64,000 nt of DNA from the human T2T-CHM13v2.0 reference genome, Homo sapiens. The first letter of the stretch is position 1, and each line of letters opens with the position of its first letter. Made by a program: the position numbers and the translations under genes. A model generated the notes under the pieces. That model was not told the DNA's origin and made no database searches. It saw nothing but the letters and a program-made list of their open reading frames with translations. Positions 43,301 to 59,100 of the stretch are shown here, in pieces. Where the stretch lies: NCBI RefSeq assembly GCF_009914755.1, contig NC_060925.1, one strand, 5' to 3'.

Positions 43301-46300
43301 AATCGAATGGAATCACCGAATAGAATCGAATGGAACAATCATCGAATGGACTCAAATGGAATTATCCTCAAATGGAATCGAATGGAATTATCGAATGCAA
43401 TCGAATGGAATTATCGAATGCAATCGAATAGAATCAACGAATGGACTCGAATGGAATCATCGAATGGAATGGAATGGAACAGTCAATGAACTCGAATGGA
43501 ATCATCATTGAATGGAATCGAATGGAATCATCGAGTGGAATCTAAAGGAATTATGACCAAATGGAATCGAATATAATCATCATCAAATGGAATCAAAAAT
43601 AAACATCATCAATTGGTATTGAATGGAATTGTCATCAAATGGAATTCAAAGGAATCATCATCAAATGGAACCGAATGGAATCCTCATTGAATGGAAATGA
43701 AAGGGGTCATCATCTAATGGAATCGCATGGAATCATCATCAAATGGAATCGAATGGAATCATCATCAAATGGAATCTAATGGAATCATTGAACAGAATTG
43801 AATGGAATAGTCATCGAATGAATTGAATGCAATCATCGAATGGTCTCGAATGGAATCATCTTCTAATGGAAAGGAATGGAATCATCGCATAGAATCGAAT
43901 GGAATTATCATCGAATGGAATCGAATGATATCAACACCAAACGGAAAATAACGGAATTATCGAATGGAATCGAAGAGAATCTTCGAACGGACCCGAATGG
44001 AATCATCTAATGGAATGGAATGGAATAATCCATGGACTCGAATGCAATCATCATCGAATGGAATCGAATGGAATCATCGAATGGACTCGAATGGAATAAT
44101 CATTGAACGGAATCGAATGGAATCATCATCGGATGGAAACGAATGGAATCATCATCGAATGGAAATGAAAGGAGTCATCATCTAATGGAATTGCATGGAA
44201 TCATCATCAAATGGAATCGAATGGAATCAACATCAAATGGAATCAAATGGAATCATTGAACGGAATTGAATGGAATCGTCATCGAATGAATTGAATGCAA
44301 TCATCGAATGGTCTCAAATGGAATCATCTTCAAATGGAATGGAATGGAATCATCGCATAGAATCGAATGGAATTATCATCGAATGGAATCGAATGGAATC
44401 AACATCAAACGGAAAAAAACGGAATTATCGAATGGAATCGAAGAGAATCATCGAATGGACCCGAATGGAATCATCTAATGGAATGGAATGGAATAATCCA
44501 TGGACTCGAATGCAATCATCATCGAATGGAATCGAATGGAATCATCGAATGGACTCGAATGGAATAATCATTGAACGGAATCGAATGGAATCATCATCGG
44601 ATGGAAATGAATGGAATCATCATCGAATGGAATCGAATAGAATTATGGAATGAAATCCAGGGTGATCATCATCGAATGGACCCGAATGGAATCATCATCC
44701 AACGGAAGCTAATGGAATCAACATCGAATGAATCAAATGGAAACACCATCGAATTGAAACGAATGGAATTATCATGAAATTGAAATGGATGGACTCATCA
44801 TCGAATGGATTCGAATGGAATCATCGAATAAAATTGATTGAAATCATCATCGAATGGAATCGAATGGTATCATTGAATGGAATCGAATGGAATCATCCTC
44901 AGATGGAAATGAATGGAATCGTCATAGAATGGAATCGAATGGATTCATTGAATGGAATCAGATGGAATCATCGAATGGACTGGAATGGAATCATTGAATG
45001 GACTCGAAAGGGATCATGATTGAATGGAATTGAATGGAATCATCGAATGGTCTCGATTGGAATCATTATCAAATGGAATCGAATGGAATCACCGAATAGA
45101 ATCGAATGGAACAATCATCGAATGGACTCAAATGGAATTATCCTCAAATGGAATCGAATGGAATTATCGAATGCAATCGAATGGAATTATCGAATGCAAT
45201 CGAATAGAATCATCGAATGGACTCGAATGGAATCATCGAATGGAATGGAATGGAACAGTCAATGAACTCGAATGGAATCATCATTGAATGGAATCGAATG
45301 GAATCATCGAGTGGAATCGAATGGAATTATGATCAAATGGAATCGAATGTAATCATCATCAAATGGAATCAAAAATAACCATCATCAATTGGTATTGAAT
45401 GGAATTGTCATCAAATGGAATTCAAAGGAATCATCATCAAATGGAACCGAATGGAATCCTCATTGAATGGAAATGAAAGGGGTCATCATCTAATGGAATC
45501 GCATGGAATCATCATAAAATGGAATCGAATGGAATCAACATCAAATGGAATCAAATGGAATCATTGAACGGAATTGAATGGAATCGTCATGGAATGAATT
45601 GGATGCAATCATCGAATGGTCTCGAATGGAATCTTCTTCAAATGGAATGGAATGGAATCATCGCATAGAATCGAATGGAATTATCATCGAATGGAATCGA
45701 ATGGAATCAACATCAAACGGAAAAAAACGGAATTATCGAATGGAACCGAAGAGAATCATCGAATGGACCCGAATGGAATCATCTAATAGAATGGAATGGA
45801 ATAATCCATGGACTCGAATGCAATCATCATCGAATGGAATCGAATGGAATCATCGAATGGACTCGAATGGAATAATCATTGAACGGAATCGATTGGAATC
45901 ATCATCGGATGGAAACGAATGGAATCATCATCGAATGGAAATGAAAGGAGTCATCATCTAATGGAATTGCATGGAATCATCATAAAATGGAATCGAATGG
46001 AATCAACATCAAATGGAATCAAATGGAATCATTGAACGGAATTGAATGGAATCGTCATCGAATGAATTGACTGCAATCATCCAATGGTCTCGAATGGAAT
46101 CATCTTCAAATGGAATGGAATGGAATCATCGCATAGAATCGAATGGAATTATCATCGAATGGAATCGAATGGAATCAACATCCAACGGAAAAAAACGGAA
46201 TTATCGAATGGAATCGAAGAGAATCATCGAATGGACCCGAATGGAATCATCTAATGGAATGGAATGGAATAATCCATGGACTCGAATGCAATCATCATCG

Positions 46301-49300
46301 AATGGAATCGAATGGAATCATCGAATGGACTCGAAAGGGATCATGATTGAATGGAATTGAATGGAATCATCGAATGGTCTCGATTGGAATCATTATCAAA
46401 TGGAATCGAATGGAATCACCGAATAGAATCGAATGGAACAATCATCGAATGGACTCAAATGGAATTATCCTCCAATGGAATGGAATGGAATTATCGAATG
46501 CAATCGAATGGAATTATCGAATGCAATCGAATAGAATCATCGAATGGACTCGAATGGAATCATCGAATGGAATGGAATGGAACAGTCAATGAACTCGAAT
46601 GGAATCATCATTGAATGGAATCGAATGGAATCATCGAGTGGAATCGAATGGAATTATGATCAAATGGAATCGAATGTAATCATCATCAAATGGAATCAAA
46701 AATAACCATCATCAATTGGTATTGAATGGAATTGTCATCAAATGGAATTCAAAGGAATCATCATCAAATGGAACCGAATGGAATCCTCATTGAATGGAAA
46801 TGAAAGGGGTCATCATCTAATGGAATCGCATGGAATCATCATCAAATGGAATCGAATGGAATCATCATCAAATGGAATCTAATGGAATCATTGAACAGAA
46901 TTGAATGGAATCGTCATCGAATGAATTGAATGCAATCATCGAATGGTCTCGAATGGATTCATCTTCTAATGGAAAGGAATGGAATCATCGCATAGAATCG
47001 AATGGAATTATCATCGAATGGAATCGAATGGTATCAACACCAAACGGAAAAAAACGGAATTATCGAATGGAATCGAAGAGAATCTTCGAACGGACCCGAA
47101 TGGAATCATCTAATGGAATGGAATGGAATAATCCATGGACTCGAATGCAATCATCATCGAATGGAATCGAATGGAATCATCGAATGGACTCGAATGGAAT
47201 AATCATTGAACGGAATCGATTGGAATCATCATCGGATGGAAACGAATGGAATCATCATCGAATGGAAATGAAAGGAGTCATCATCTAATGGAATTGCATG
47301 GAATCATCATAAAATGGAATCGAATGGAATCAACATCAAATGGAATCAAATGGAATCATTGAACGGAATTGAATGGAATCGTCATCGAATGAATTGACTG
47401 CAATCATCCAATGGTCTCGAATGGAATCATCTTCAAATGGAATGGAATGGAATCATCGCATAGAATCGAATGGAATTATCATCGAATGGAATCGAATGGA
47501 ATCAACATCCAACGGAAAAAAACGGAATTATCGAATGGAATCGAAGAGAATCATCGAATGGACCCGAATGGAATCATGTAATGGAATGGAATGGAATAAT
47601 CCATGGACTCGAATGCAATCATCATCGAATGGAATCGAATGGAATCATCGAATGGACTCGAATGGAATAATCATTGAACGGAATCGAATGGAATCATCAT
47701 CGGATGGAAATGAATGGAATCATCATCGAATGGAATCGAATAGAATTATGGAATGAAATCCAGTGTGATCATCATCGAATGGACCCGAATGGAATCATCA
47801 TCCAACGGAAGCTAATGGAATCAACATCGAATGAATCGAATGGAAACACCATCGAATTGAAACGAATGGAATTATCATGAAATTGAAATGGATGGACTCA
47901 TCATCGAATGGATTCGAATGGAATCATCGAATAAAATTGATTGAAATCATCATCGAATGGAATCGAATGGTATCATTGAATGGAATCGAATGGAATCATC
48001 ATCAGATGGAAATGAATGGAATCGTCATAGAATGGAATCGAATGGATTCATTGAATGGAATCAGATGGAATCATCGAATGGACTGGAATGGAATCATTGA
48101 ATGGACTCGAAAGGGATCATGATTGAATGGAATTGAATGGAATCATCGAATGGTCTCGATTGGAATCATTATCAAATGGAATCGAATGGAATCACCGAAT
48201 AGAATCGAATGGAACAATCATCGAATGGACTCAAATGGAATTATCCTCAAATGGAATCGAATGGAATTATCGAATGCAATCGAATGGAATTATCGAATGC
48301 AATCGAATAGAATCATCGAATGGACTCGAATGGAATCATCGAATGGAATGGAATGGAACAGTCAATGAACTCGAATGGAATCATCATTGAATGGAATCGA
48401 ATGGAATCATCGAGTGGAATCGAATGGAATTATGATCAAATGGAATCGAATGTAATCATCATCAAATGGAATCAAAAATAACCATCATCAATTGGTATTG
48501 AATGGAATTGTCATCAAATGGAATTCAAAGGAATCATCATCAAATGGAACCGAATGGAATCCTCATTGAATGGAAATGAAAGGGGTCATCATCTAATGGA
48601 ATCGCATGGAATCATCATAAAATGGAATCGAATGGAATCAACATCAAATGGAATCAAATGGAATCATTGAACGGAATTGAATGGAATCGTCATCGAATGA
48701 ATTGGATGCAATCATCGAATTGTCTCGAATGGAATCTTCTTCAAATGGAATGGAATGGAATCATCGCATAGAATCGAATGGAATTATCATCGAATGGAAT
48801 CGAATGGAATCAACATCAAACGGAAAAAAACGGAATTATCGAATGGAACCGAAGAGAATCATCGAATGGACCCGAATGGAATCATCTAATAGAATGGAAT
48901 GGAATAATCCATGGACTCGAATGCAATCATCATCGAATGGAATCGAATGGAATCATCGAATGGACTCGAATGGAATAATCATTGAACGGAATCGATTGGA
49001 ATCATCATCGGATGGAAACGAATGGAATCATCATCGAATGGAAATGAAAGGAGTCATCATCTAATGGAATTGCATGGAATCATCATAAAATGGAATCGAA
49101 TGGAATCAACATCAAATGGAATCAAATGGAATCATTGAACGGAATTGAATGGAATCGTCATCGAATGAATTGACTGCAATCATCCAATGGTCTCGAATGG
49201 AATCATCTTCAAATTGAATGGAATGGAATCATCGCATAGAAGCGAATGGAATTATCATCGAATGGAATCGAATGGAATCAACATCCAACGGAAAAAAACG

Positions 49301-50180
49301 GAATTATCGAATGGAATCGAAGAGAATCATCGAATGGACCCGAATGGAATCATCTAATGGAATGGAATGGAATAATCCATGGACTCGAATGCAATCATCA
49401 TCGAATGGAATCGAATGGAATCATCGAATGGACTCGAATGAAATAATCATTGAACGGAATCGAATGGAATCATCATCGGATGGAAATGAATGGAATCATC
49501 ATCGAATGGAATCGAATAGAATTATGGAATGAAATCCAGTGTGATCATCATCGAATGGACCCGAATGGAATCATCATCCAACGGAAGCTAATGGAATCAA
49601 CATCGAATGAATCAAATGGAAACACCATCGAATTGAAACGAATGGAATTATCATGAAATTGAAATGGATGGACTCATCATCGAATGGATTCGAAAGGAAT
49701 CATCGAATAAAATTGATTGAAATCATCATCGAATGGAATCGAATGGTATCATTGAATGGAATCGAATGGAATCATCATCAGATGGAAATGAATGGAATCG
49801 TCATAGAATGGAATCGAATGGATTCATTGAATGGAATCAGATGGAATCATCGAATGGACTGGAATGGAATCATTGAATGGACTCGAAAGGGATCATGATT
49901 GAATGGAATTGAATGGAATCATCGAATGGTCTCGATTGGAATCATTATCAAATGGAATCGAATGGAATCACCGAATAGAATCGAATGGAACAATCATCGA
50001 ATGGACTCAAATGGAATTATCCTCCAATGGAATCGAATGGAATTATCGAATGCAATCGAATGGAATTATCGAATGCAATCGAATAGAATCATCGAATGGA
50101 CTCGAATGGAATCATCGAATGGAATGGAATGGAACAGTCAATGAACTCGAATGGAATCATCATTGAATGGAATCGAATCG
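31301..50180 (+). repeat. ~18.9-kb super-repeat, copy 1
   Basis: Private variants and subunit order recur at offsets +18,880 (31700/50580), +18,885 (35276/54161) and +18,733 (44270/63003). The segment 45268-50180 has no counterpart inside the window. Confidence 0.88.
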
Positions 50181-53100
50181 AATCATCGAGTGGAATCGAA
50201 TGGAATTATGATCAAATGGAATCGAATGTAATCATCATCAAATGGAATCAAAAATAACCATCATCAATTGGTATTGAATGGAATTCTCATCAAATGGAAT
50301 TCAAAGGAATCATCATCAAATGGAACTGAATGGAATCCTCATTGAATGGAAATGAAAGGGGTCATCATCTAATGGAATCGCATGGAATCATCATCAAATG
50401 GAATCGAATGGAATCATCATCAAATGGAATCTGATGGAATCATTGAACAGAATTGAATGGAATCGTCATCGAATGAATTGAATGCAATCATCGAATGGTC
50501 TCGAATGTAATCACATTCTAATGGAAAGGAATGGAATCATCGCATAGAATCGAATGGAATTAACATTGAATGGACTCGAATGGAATCAACATCAAACGGA
50601 ATCAAGCGGAATTATCGAATGGAATCGAAGAGAATCATCGAATGGTCTCGAATGGAATCATCTTCTAATGGAAAGGAATGGAATCATCGCATAGAATCGA
50701 ATGGAATTAACATTGAATGGACTCGAATGGAATCAACATCAAATGGAATCAAGCGGAATGATCGAATGAAATCGAAGAGAATCATCGAATGGACTCGAAT
50801 GGAATCATCTAATGGAATGGAATGGAATAATCCACGGACTCGAATGCAATCATCATCCTATAGAATCAAATGGAATCATCGAAAGGACTCGAATGGAATA
50901 ACCATTGAACGGAATCGAATGGAATCATCATCGGATGGAAACGAATGGAATCATCATCGAATGGAAATGAAATGAGTCATCATCTAATGGAATTGCATGG
51001 AATCATCATAAAATGGAATCGAATGGAATCATCATCAAATGGAATCAAATGGAATCATTGAACGGAATTGAATGGAATCGTCATCGAATGAATTGAATGC
51101 AATCATCGAATGGTCTCGAATGGAATCATCTTCAAATGGAATGGAATGGAATCATCGCATAGAATCGAATGGAATTATCATCGAATGGAATCGAATGGTA
51201 TCAACATCAAACGGAAAAAAACGGAATTATCGAATGGAATCAAAGAGAATCTTCGAACGGACCCGAATGGAATCATCTAATGGAATGGAATGGAATAATC
51301 CATGGACTCGAATGCAATCATCATCGAATGGAATCGAATGGAATCATTGAAAGGACTCGAATGGAATAATCATTGAACGGAATCGAATGGAATCATCATC
51401 GGATGGAAATGAATGGAATCATCATCGAATGGAATCGAATAGAATTATGGAATGAAATCCAGTGTGATCATCATCGAATGGACCCGAATGGAATCATGAT
51501 CCAACGGAAGCTAATGGAATCAACATCGAATGAATCGAATGGAAACACCATCGAATTGAAACGAATGGAATTATCATGAAATTGAAATGGATGGACTCAT
51601 CATCGAATGGATTCGAAAGGAATCATCGAATAAAATTGATTGAAATCATCATCGAATGGAATCGAATGGTATCATTGAATGGAATCGAATGGAATCATCA
51701 TCAGATGGAAATGAATGGAATCGTCATAGAATGGAATCGAATGGATTCATTGAATGGAATCAGATGGAATCATCGAATGGACTGGAATGGAATCATTGAA
51801 TGGACTCGAAAGAGATCATGATCGAATGGAATTGAATGGAATCATCGAATGGTCTCGATTGGAATCATTATCAAATGGAATCGAATGGAATCACCGAATA
51901 GAATCGAATGGAACAATCATCGAATGGACTCAAATGGAATTATCCTCCAATGGAATCGAATGGAATTATCGAATGCAATCGAATGGAATTATCGAATGCA
52001 ATCGAATAGAATCATCGAATGGACTCGAATGGAATCATCGAATGGAATGGAATGGAACAGTCAATGAACTCGAATGGAATCATCATTGAATGGAATCGAA
52101 TGGAATCATCGAGTGGAATCGAATGGAATTATGATCAAATGGAATCGAATATAATCATCATCAAATGGAATCAAAAATAACCATCATCAATTGGTATTGA
52201 ATGGAATTTTCATCAAATGGAATTCAAAGGAAACATCATCTAATGGAACCGAATGGAATCCTCATTGAATGGAAATGAAAGGGGTCATCATCTAATGGAA
52301 TTGCATGGAATCATCATCAAATGGAATCGAATGGAATCATCATCAAATGGAATCTAATGGAATCATTCAACAGAATTGAATGGAATCGTCATCGAATGAA
52401 TTGAATGCAATCATCGAATGGTCTCGAATGGAACCATCTTCTAATGGAAAGGAATGGAATCATCGCATAGAATCGAATGGAATTATCATCGAATGGAATC
52501 GAATGGTATCAACACCAAACGGAAAAAAACGGAATTATCGAATGGAATCGAAGAGAATCTTCGAACGGACCCGAATGGAATCATCTAATGGAATGGAATG
52601 GAATAATCCATGGACTCGAATGCAATCATCATCGAATGGAATCGAATGGAATCATCGAATGGACTCGAATGGAATAATCATTGAACGGAATCGAATGGAA
52701 TCATCATCGGATGGAAACGAATGGAATCATTATCGGATGGGAATGAAAGGAGTCATCATCTAATGGAATTGCATGGAATCATCATAAAATGGAATCGAAT
52801 GGAATCAACATCAAATGGAATCAAATGGAATCATTGAACGGAATTGAATGGAATCGTCATCGAATGAATTGAATGCAATCATCGAATGGTCTCGAATGGA
52901 ATCATCTTCAAATGGAATGGAATGGAATGGAATCATCGCATAGAATCGAATGGAATTATCATCGAATGTAATCGAATGGAATCAACACCAAACGGAAAAA
53001 AACGGAATTATCGAATGGAATCGAAGAGAATCATCGAATGGACCCGAATGGAATCATCTAATGGAATGGAATGGAATAATCCATGGACTCGAATGCAATC

Positions 53101-56100
53101 ATCATCGAATGGAATCGAATGGAATCATCGAATAGACTCGAATGGAATAATCATTGAACGGAATCGAATGGAATCATCATCGGATGGAAACGAATGGAAT
53201 CATCATTGAATGGAATCGAATAGAATTATGGAATGAAATCCAGTGTGATCATCATCGAATGGACCCGAATGGAATCATCATCCAACGGAAGCTAATGGAA
53301 TCAACATCGAATGAATCGAATGGAAACACCATCGAATTGAAACGAATGGAATTACCATGAAATTGAAATGGATGGACTCATCATCAAATGGATTCGAATG
53401 GAATCATCGAATAAAATTGATTGAAATCATCATCGAATGGAATCGAATGGTATCATTGAATGGAATCGAATGGAATCATCATCAGATGGAAATGAATGGA
53501 ATCGTCATAGAATGGAATCGAATGGATTCATTGAATGGAATCAGATGGAATCATTGAATGGACTGGAATGGAATCATTGAATGGACTCGAAAGGGATCAT
53601 TATTGAATGGAATTGAATGGAATCATCGAATGGTCTCGATTGGAATCATTATCAAATGGAATCGAATGGAATCACCGAATAGAATCGAATGGAACAATCA
53701 TCGAATGGACTCAAATGGAATTATCCTCCAATGGAATCGAATGGAATTATCGAATGCAATCGAATGGAATTATCGAATGCAATCGAATAGAATCATCGAA
53801 TGGACTCGAATGGAATCATCGAATGGAATGGAATGGAACAGTCAATGAACTCGAATGGAATCATCATTGAATGGAATCGAATGGAATCATCGAGTGGAAT
53901 CGAAAGGAATTATGACAAAATGGAATCGAATGGAATCATCATCAAATGGAATCAAAAATAACCATCATCAATTGGTATTGAATGGAATTGTCATCAAATG
54001 GAATTCAAAGGAATCATCATCAAATGGAACCGAATGGAATCCTCATTGATTGGAAATGAAAGGGGTCATCATCTAATGGAATCGCATGGAATCATCATGA
54101 AATGGAATCGAATGGAATCATCATCAAATGGAATCTAATGGAATCATTGAACAGAATTGAATGGAATCGTCATCGAATGAATTGAATGCAATCATCGAAT
54201 GGTCTCGAATGGAATCATCTTCTAATGGAAAGGAATGGAATCATCGCATAGAATCGAATGGAATTATCATCGAATGGAATCGAATGGTATCAACACCAAA
54301 CGGAAAAAAACGGAATTATCGAATGGAATCGAAGAGAATCTTCGAACGGACCCGAATGGAATCATCTAATGGAATGGAATGGAATAATCCATGGACTCGA
54401 ATGCAATCATCATCGAATGGAATCGAATGGAATCATCGAATGGACTCGAATGGAATAATCATTGAACGGAATCGAATGGAATCATCATCGGATGGAAACG
54501 AATGGAATCATCATCGAATGGAAATGAAAGGAGTCATCATCTAATGGAATTGCATGGAATCATCATCAAATGGAATCGAATGGAATCAACATCAAATGGA
54601 ATCAAATGGAATCATTGAACGGAATTGAATGGAATCGTCATCGAATGAATTGAATGCAATCATCGAATGGTCTCGAATGGAATCATCTTCAAATGGAATG
54701 GAATGGAATCATCGCATAGAATCGAATGGAATTATCATCGAATGGAATCGAATGGAATCAACATCAAACGGAAAAAAACGGAATTATCGAATGGAATCGA
54801 AGAGAATCATCGAATGGACCCGAATGGAATCACCTAATGGAATGGAATGGAATAATCCATGGACTCGAATGCAATCATCATCGAATGGAATCGAATGGAA
54901 TCATCGAATGGACTCGAATGGAATAATCATTGAACGGAATCGAATGGAATCATCATCGGATGGAAATGTAAGGAGTCATCATCTAATGGAATTGCATGGA
55001 ATCATCATAAAGTGGAATCGAATGGAATCAACATCAAATGGAATCAAATGGAATCATTGAACGGAATTGAATGGAATCGTCATCGAATGAATTGAATGCA
55101 ATCATCGAATGGTCTCGAATGGAATCATCTTCAAATGGAATGGAATGGAATCATCGCATAGAATCGAATGGAATTATCATCGAATGGAATCGAATGGAAT
55201 CAACATCAAACGGAAAAAAACGGAATTATCGAATGGAATCGAAGAGAATCATCGAATGGACCCGAATGGAATCATCTAATGGAATGGAATGGAATAATCC
55301 ATGGACTCGAATGCAATCATCATCGAATGGAATCGAATGGAATCATCGAATGGACTCGAATGGAATAATCATTGAACGGAATCGAATGGAATCATCATCG
55401 GATGGAAATGAATGGAATCATCATCGAATGGAATCGAATAGAATTATGGAATGAAATCCAGTGTGATCATCATCGAATGGACCCGAATGGAATCATCATC
55501 CAACGGAAGCTAATGGAATCAACATCGAATGAATCAAATGGAAACACCATCGAATTGAAACGAATGGAATTACCATGAAATTGAAATGGATGGACTCATC
55601 ATCGAATGGATTCGAATGGAATCATCGAATAAGATTGATTGAAATCATCATCGAATGGAATCGAATGGTATCATTGAATGGAATCGAATAGAATCATCAT
55701 CAGATGGAAATGAATGGAATCGTCATAGAATGGAATCGAATGGATTCATTGAATGGAATCAGATGGAATCATCGAATGGACTAGAATGGAATCATTGAAT
55801 GGACTCGAAAGGGATCATGATTGAATGGAATTGAATGGAATCATCGAATGGTCTCGAATTGAATCATTATCAAATGGAATCGAATGGAATCACCGAATAG
55901 AATCGAATGGAACAATCATCGAATGGACTCAAATGGAATTATCCTCAAATGGAATTGAATGGAATTATCGAATGCAATCGAATGGAATTATCGAATGCAA
56001 TCGAATAGAATCATCGAATGGACTCGAATGGAATCATCGAATGGAATGGAATGGAACAGTCAATGAACTCGAATGGAATCATCATTGAATGGAATCGAAT

Positions 56101-59100
56101 GGAATCATCGAGTGGAATCGAATGTAATCATCATCAAATGGAATCAAAAATAACCATCATCAAATGGAATCAAAAATAACCATCATCAATTGATATTGAA
56201 TGGAATTCTCATCAAATGGAATTCAAAGGAATCATCATCAAATGGAACCGAATGGAATCCTCATTGAATGGAAATGAAAGGGGTCATCATCTAATGGAAT
56301 CGCATGGAATCATCATAAAATGGAATCGAATGGAATCAACATCAAATGGAATCAAATGGAATCAATGAACGGAATTGAATGGAATCGTCATCGAATGAAT
56401 TGAATGCAATCATCGAATGGTCTCGAATGGAATCATCTTCAAATGGAATGGAATGGAATCATCGCATAGAATCGAATGGAATTATCATCGAATGGAATCG
56501 AATGGAATCAACACCAAACGGAAAAAAACGGAATTATCGAATGGAATCGAAGAGAATCATCGAATGGACCCGAATGGAATCATCTAATGGAATGGAATGG
56601 AATAATCCATGGACTCGAATGCAATCATCATCGAATGGAATCGAATGGAATCATCGAATGGACTCGAATGGAATAATCATTGAACGGAATCGAATGGAAT
56701 CATCATCGGATGGAAACGAATGGAATCATCATCGAATGGAATCGAATAGAATTATGGAATGAAATCCAGTGTGATCATCATCGAATGGACCCGAATGGAA
56801 TCATCATCCAACGGAAGCTAATGGAATCAACATCGAATGAATCGAATGGAAACACCATCGAATTGAAACGAATGGAATTACCATGAAATTGAAATGGATG
56901 GACTCATCATCAAATGGATTCGAATGGAATCATCGAATAAAATTAATTGAAATCATCATCGAATGGAATCGAATGGTATCATTGAATGGAATCGAATGGA
57001 ATCATCATCAGATGGAAATGAATGGAATCGTCATAGAATGGAATCGAATGGATTCATTGAATGGAATCAGATGGAATCATTGAATGGACTGGAATGGAAT
57101 CATTGAATGGACACGAAAGGGATCATGATTGAATGGAATTGAATGGAATCATCGAATGGTCTCGATTGGAATCATTATCAAATGGAATCGAATGGAATCA
57201 CCGAATAGAATCGAATGGAACAATCATCGAATGGACTCAAATGGAATTATCCTCCAATGGAATCGAATGGAATTATCGAATGCAATCGAATGGAATTATC
57301 GAATGCAATCGAATAGAATCATCGAATGGACTCGAATGGAATCATCGAATGGAATGGAATGGAACAGTCAATGAACTCGAATGGAATCATCATTGAATGG
57401 AATCATCGAGAGGAATCGAAAGGAATTATGATCAAATGGAATCGAACGTAATCATCATGAAATGGAATCAAAAATAACCATCATCAATTGGTATTGAATG
57501 GAATTGTCATCAAATGGAATTCAAAGGAATCATCATCAAATGGAACCGAATGGAATCCTCATTGAATGGAAATGAAAGGGGTCATCATCTAATGGAATCG
57601 CATGGAATCATCATCAAATGGAATCGAATGGAATCATCATCAAATGGAATCTAATGGAATCATTGAAAAGAATTGAAGGGAGTCGTCATCGAATGAATTG
57701 AATGCAATCATCGAATGGTCTCGAATGGAATCATCTTCTAATGGAAAGGACTGGAATCATCGCATAGAATCGAATGGAATTATCATCGAATGGAATCGAA
57801 TGGTATCAACACCAAACGGAAAAAAACGGAATTATCGAATGGAATCGAAGAGAATCTTCGAACGGACCCGAATGGAATCATCTAATGGAATGGAATGGAA
57901 TAATCCATGGACTCGAATGCAATCATCATCGAATGGAATCGAATGGAATCATCGAATGGACTCGAATGGAATAATCATTGAACGGAATCGAATGGAATTA
58001 TCATCGGATGGAAACGAATGGAATCATCATCGAATGGAAATGTAAGGAGTCATCATCTAATGGAATTGCATGGAATCATCATAAAATGGAATCGAATGGA
58101 ATCAACATCAAATGGAATCAAATGGAATCATTGAACGGAATTGAATGGAATCGTCATCGAATGAATTGAATGCAATCATCGAATGGTCTCGAATGGAATC
58201 ATCTTCAAATGGAAGGGAATGGAATCATCGCATAGAATCGAATGGAATTATCATCGAATGGAATCGAATGGAATCAACATCAAACAGAAAAAAACGGAAT
58301 TATCGAATGGAATCGAAGAGAATCATCGAATGGACCCGAATGGAATCATCTAATGGAATGGAATGGAATAATCCATGGACTCGAATGCAATCATCATCGA
58401 ATGGAATCGAATGGAATCATCGAATGGACTCGAATGGAATAATCATTGAACGGAATCGAATGGAATCATCATCGGATGGAAATGAATGGAATCATCATCG
58501 AATGGAATCGAATAGAATTATGGAATGAAATCCAGTGTGATCATCATCGAATGGACCCGAATGGAATTATCATCCAACGGAAGCTAATGGAATCAACATC
58601 GAATGAATCGAATGGAAACACCATCGAATTGAAACGAATGGAATTACCATGAAATTGAAATGGATGGACTCATCATCGAATGGATTCGAATGGAATCATC
58701 GAATAAAATTGATTGAAATCATCATCGAATGGAATCGAATGGTATCATTGAATGGAATCGAATGGAATCATCATCAGATGGAAATGAATGGAATCGTCAT
58801 AGAATGGAATCGAATGGATTCATTGAATGGAATCAGATGGAATCATCGAATGGACTGGAATGGAATCATTGAATGGACTCGAAAGGGATCATTATTGAAT
58901 GGAATTGAATGGAATCATCGAATGGTCTCGATTGGAATCATTATCAAATGGAATCGAATGGAATCACCGAATAGAATCGAATGGAACAATCATCGAATGG
59001 ACTCAAATGGAATTATCCTCAAATGGAATCGAATGGAATTATCGAATGCAATCGAATGGAATTATCGAATGCAATCGAATAGAATCATCGAATGGACTCG

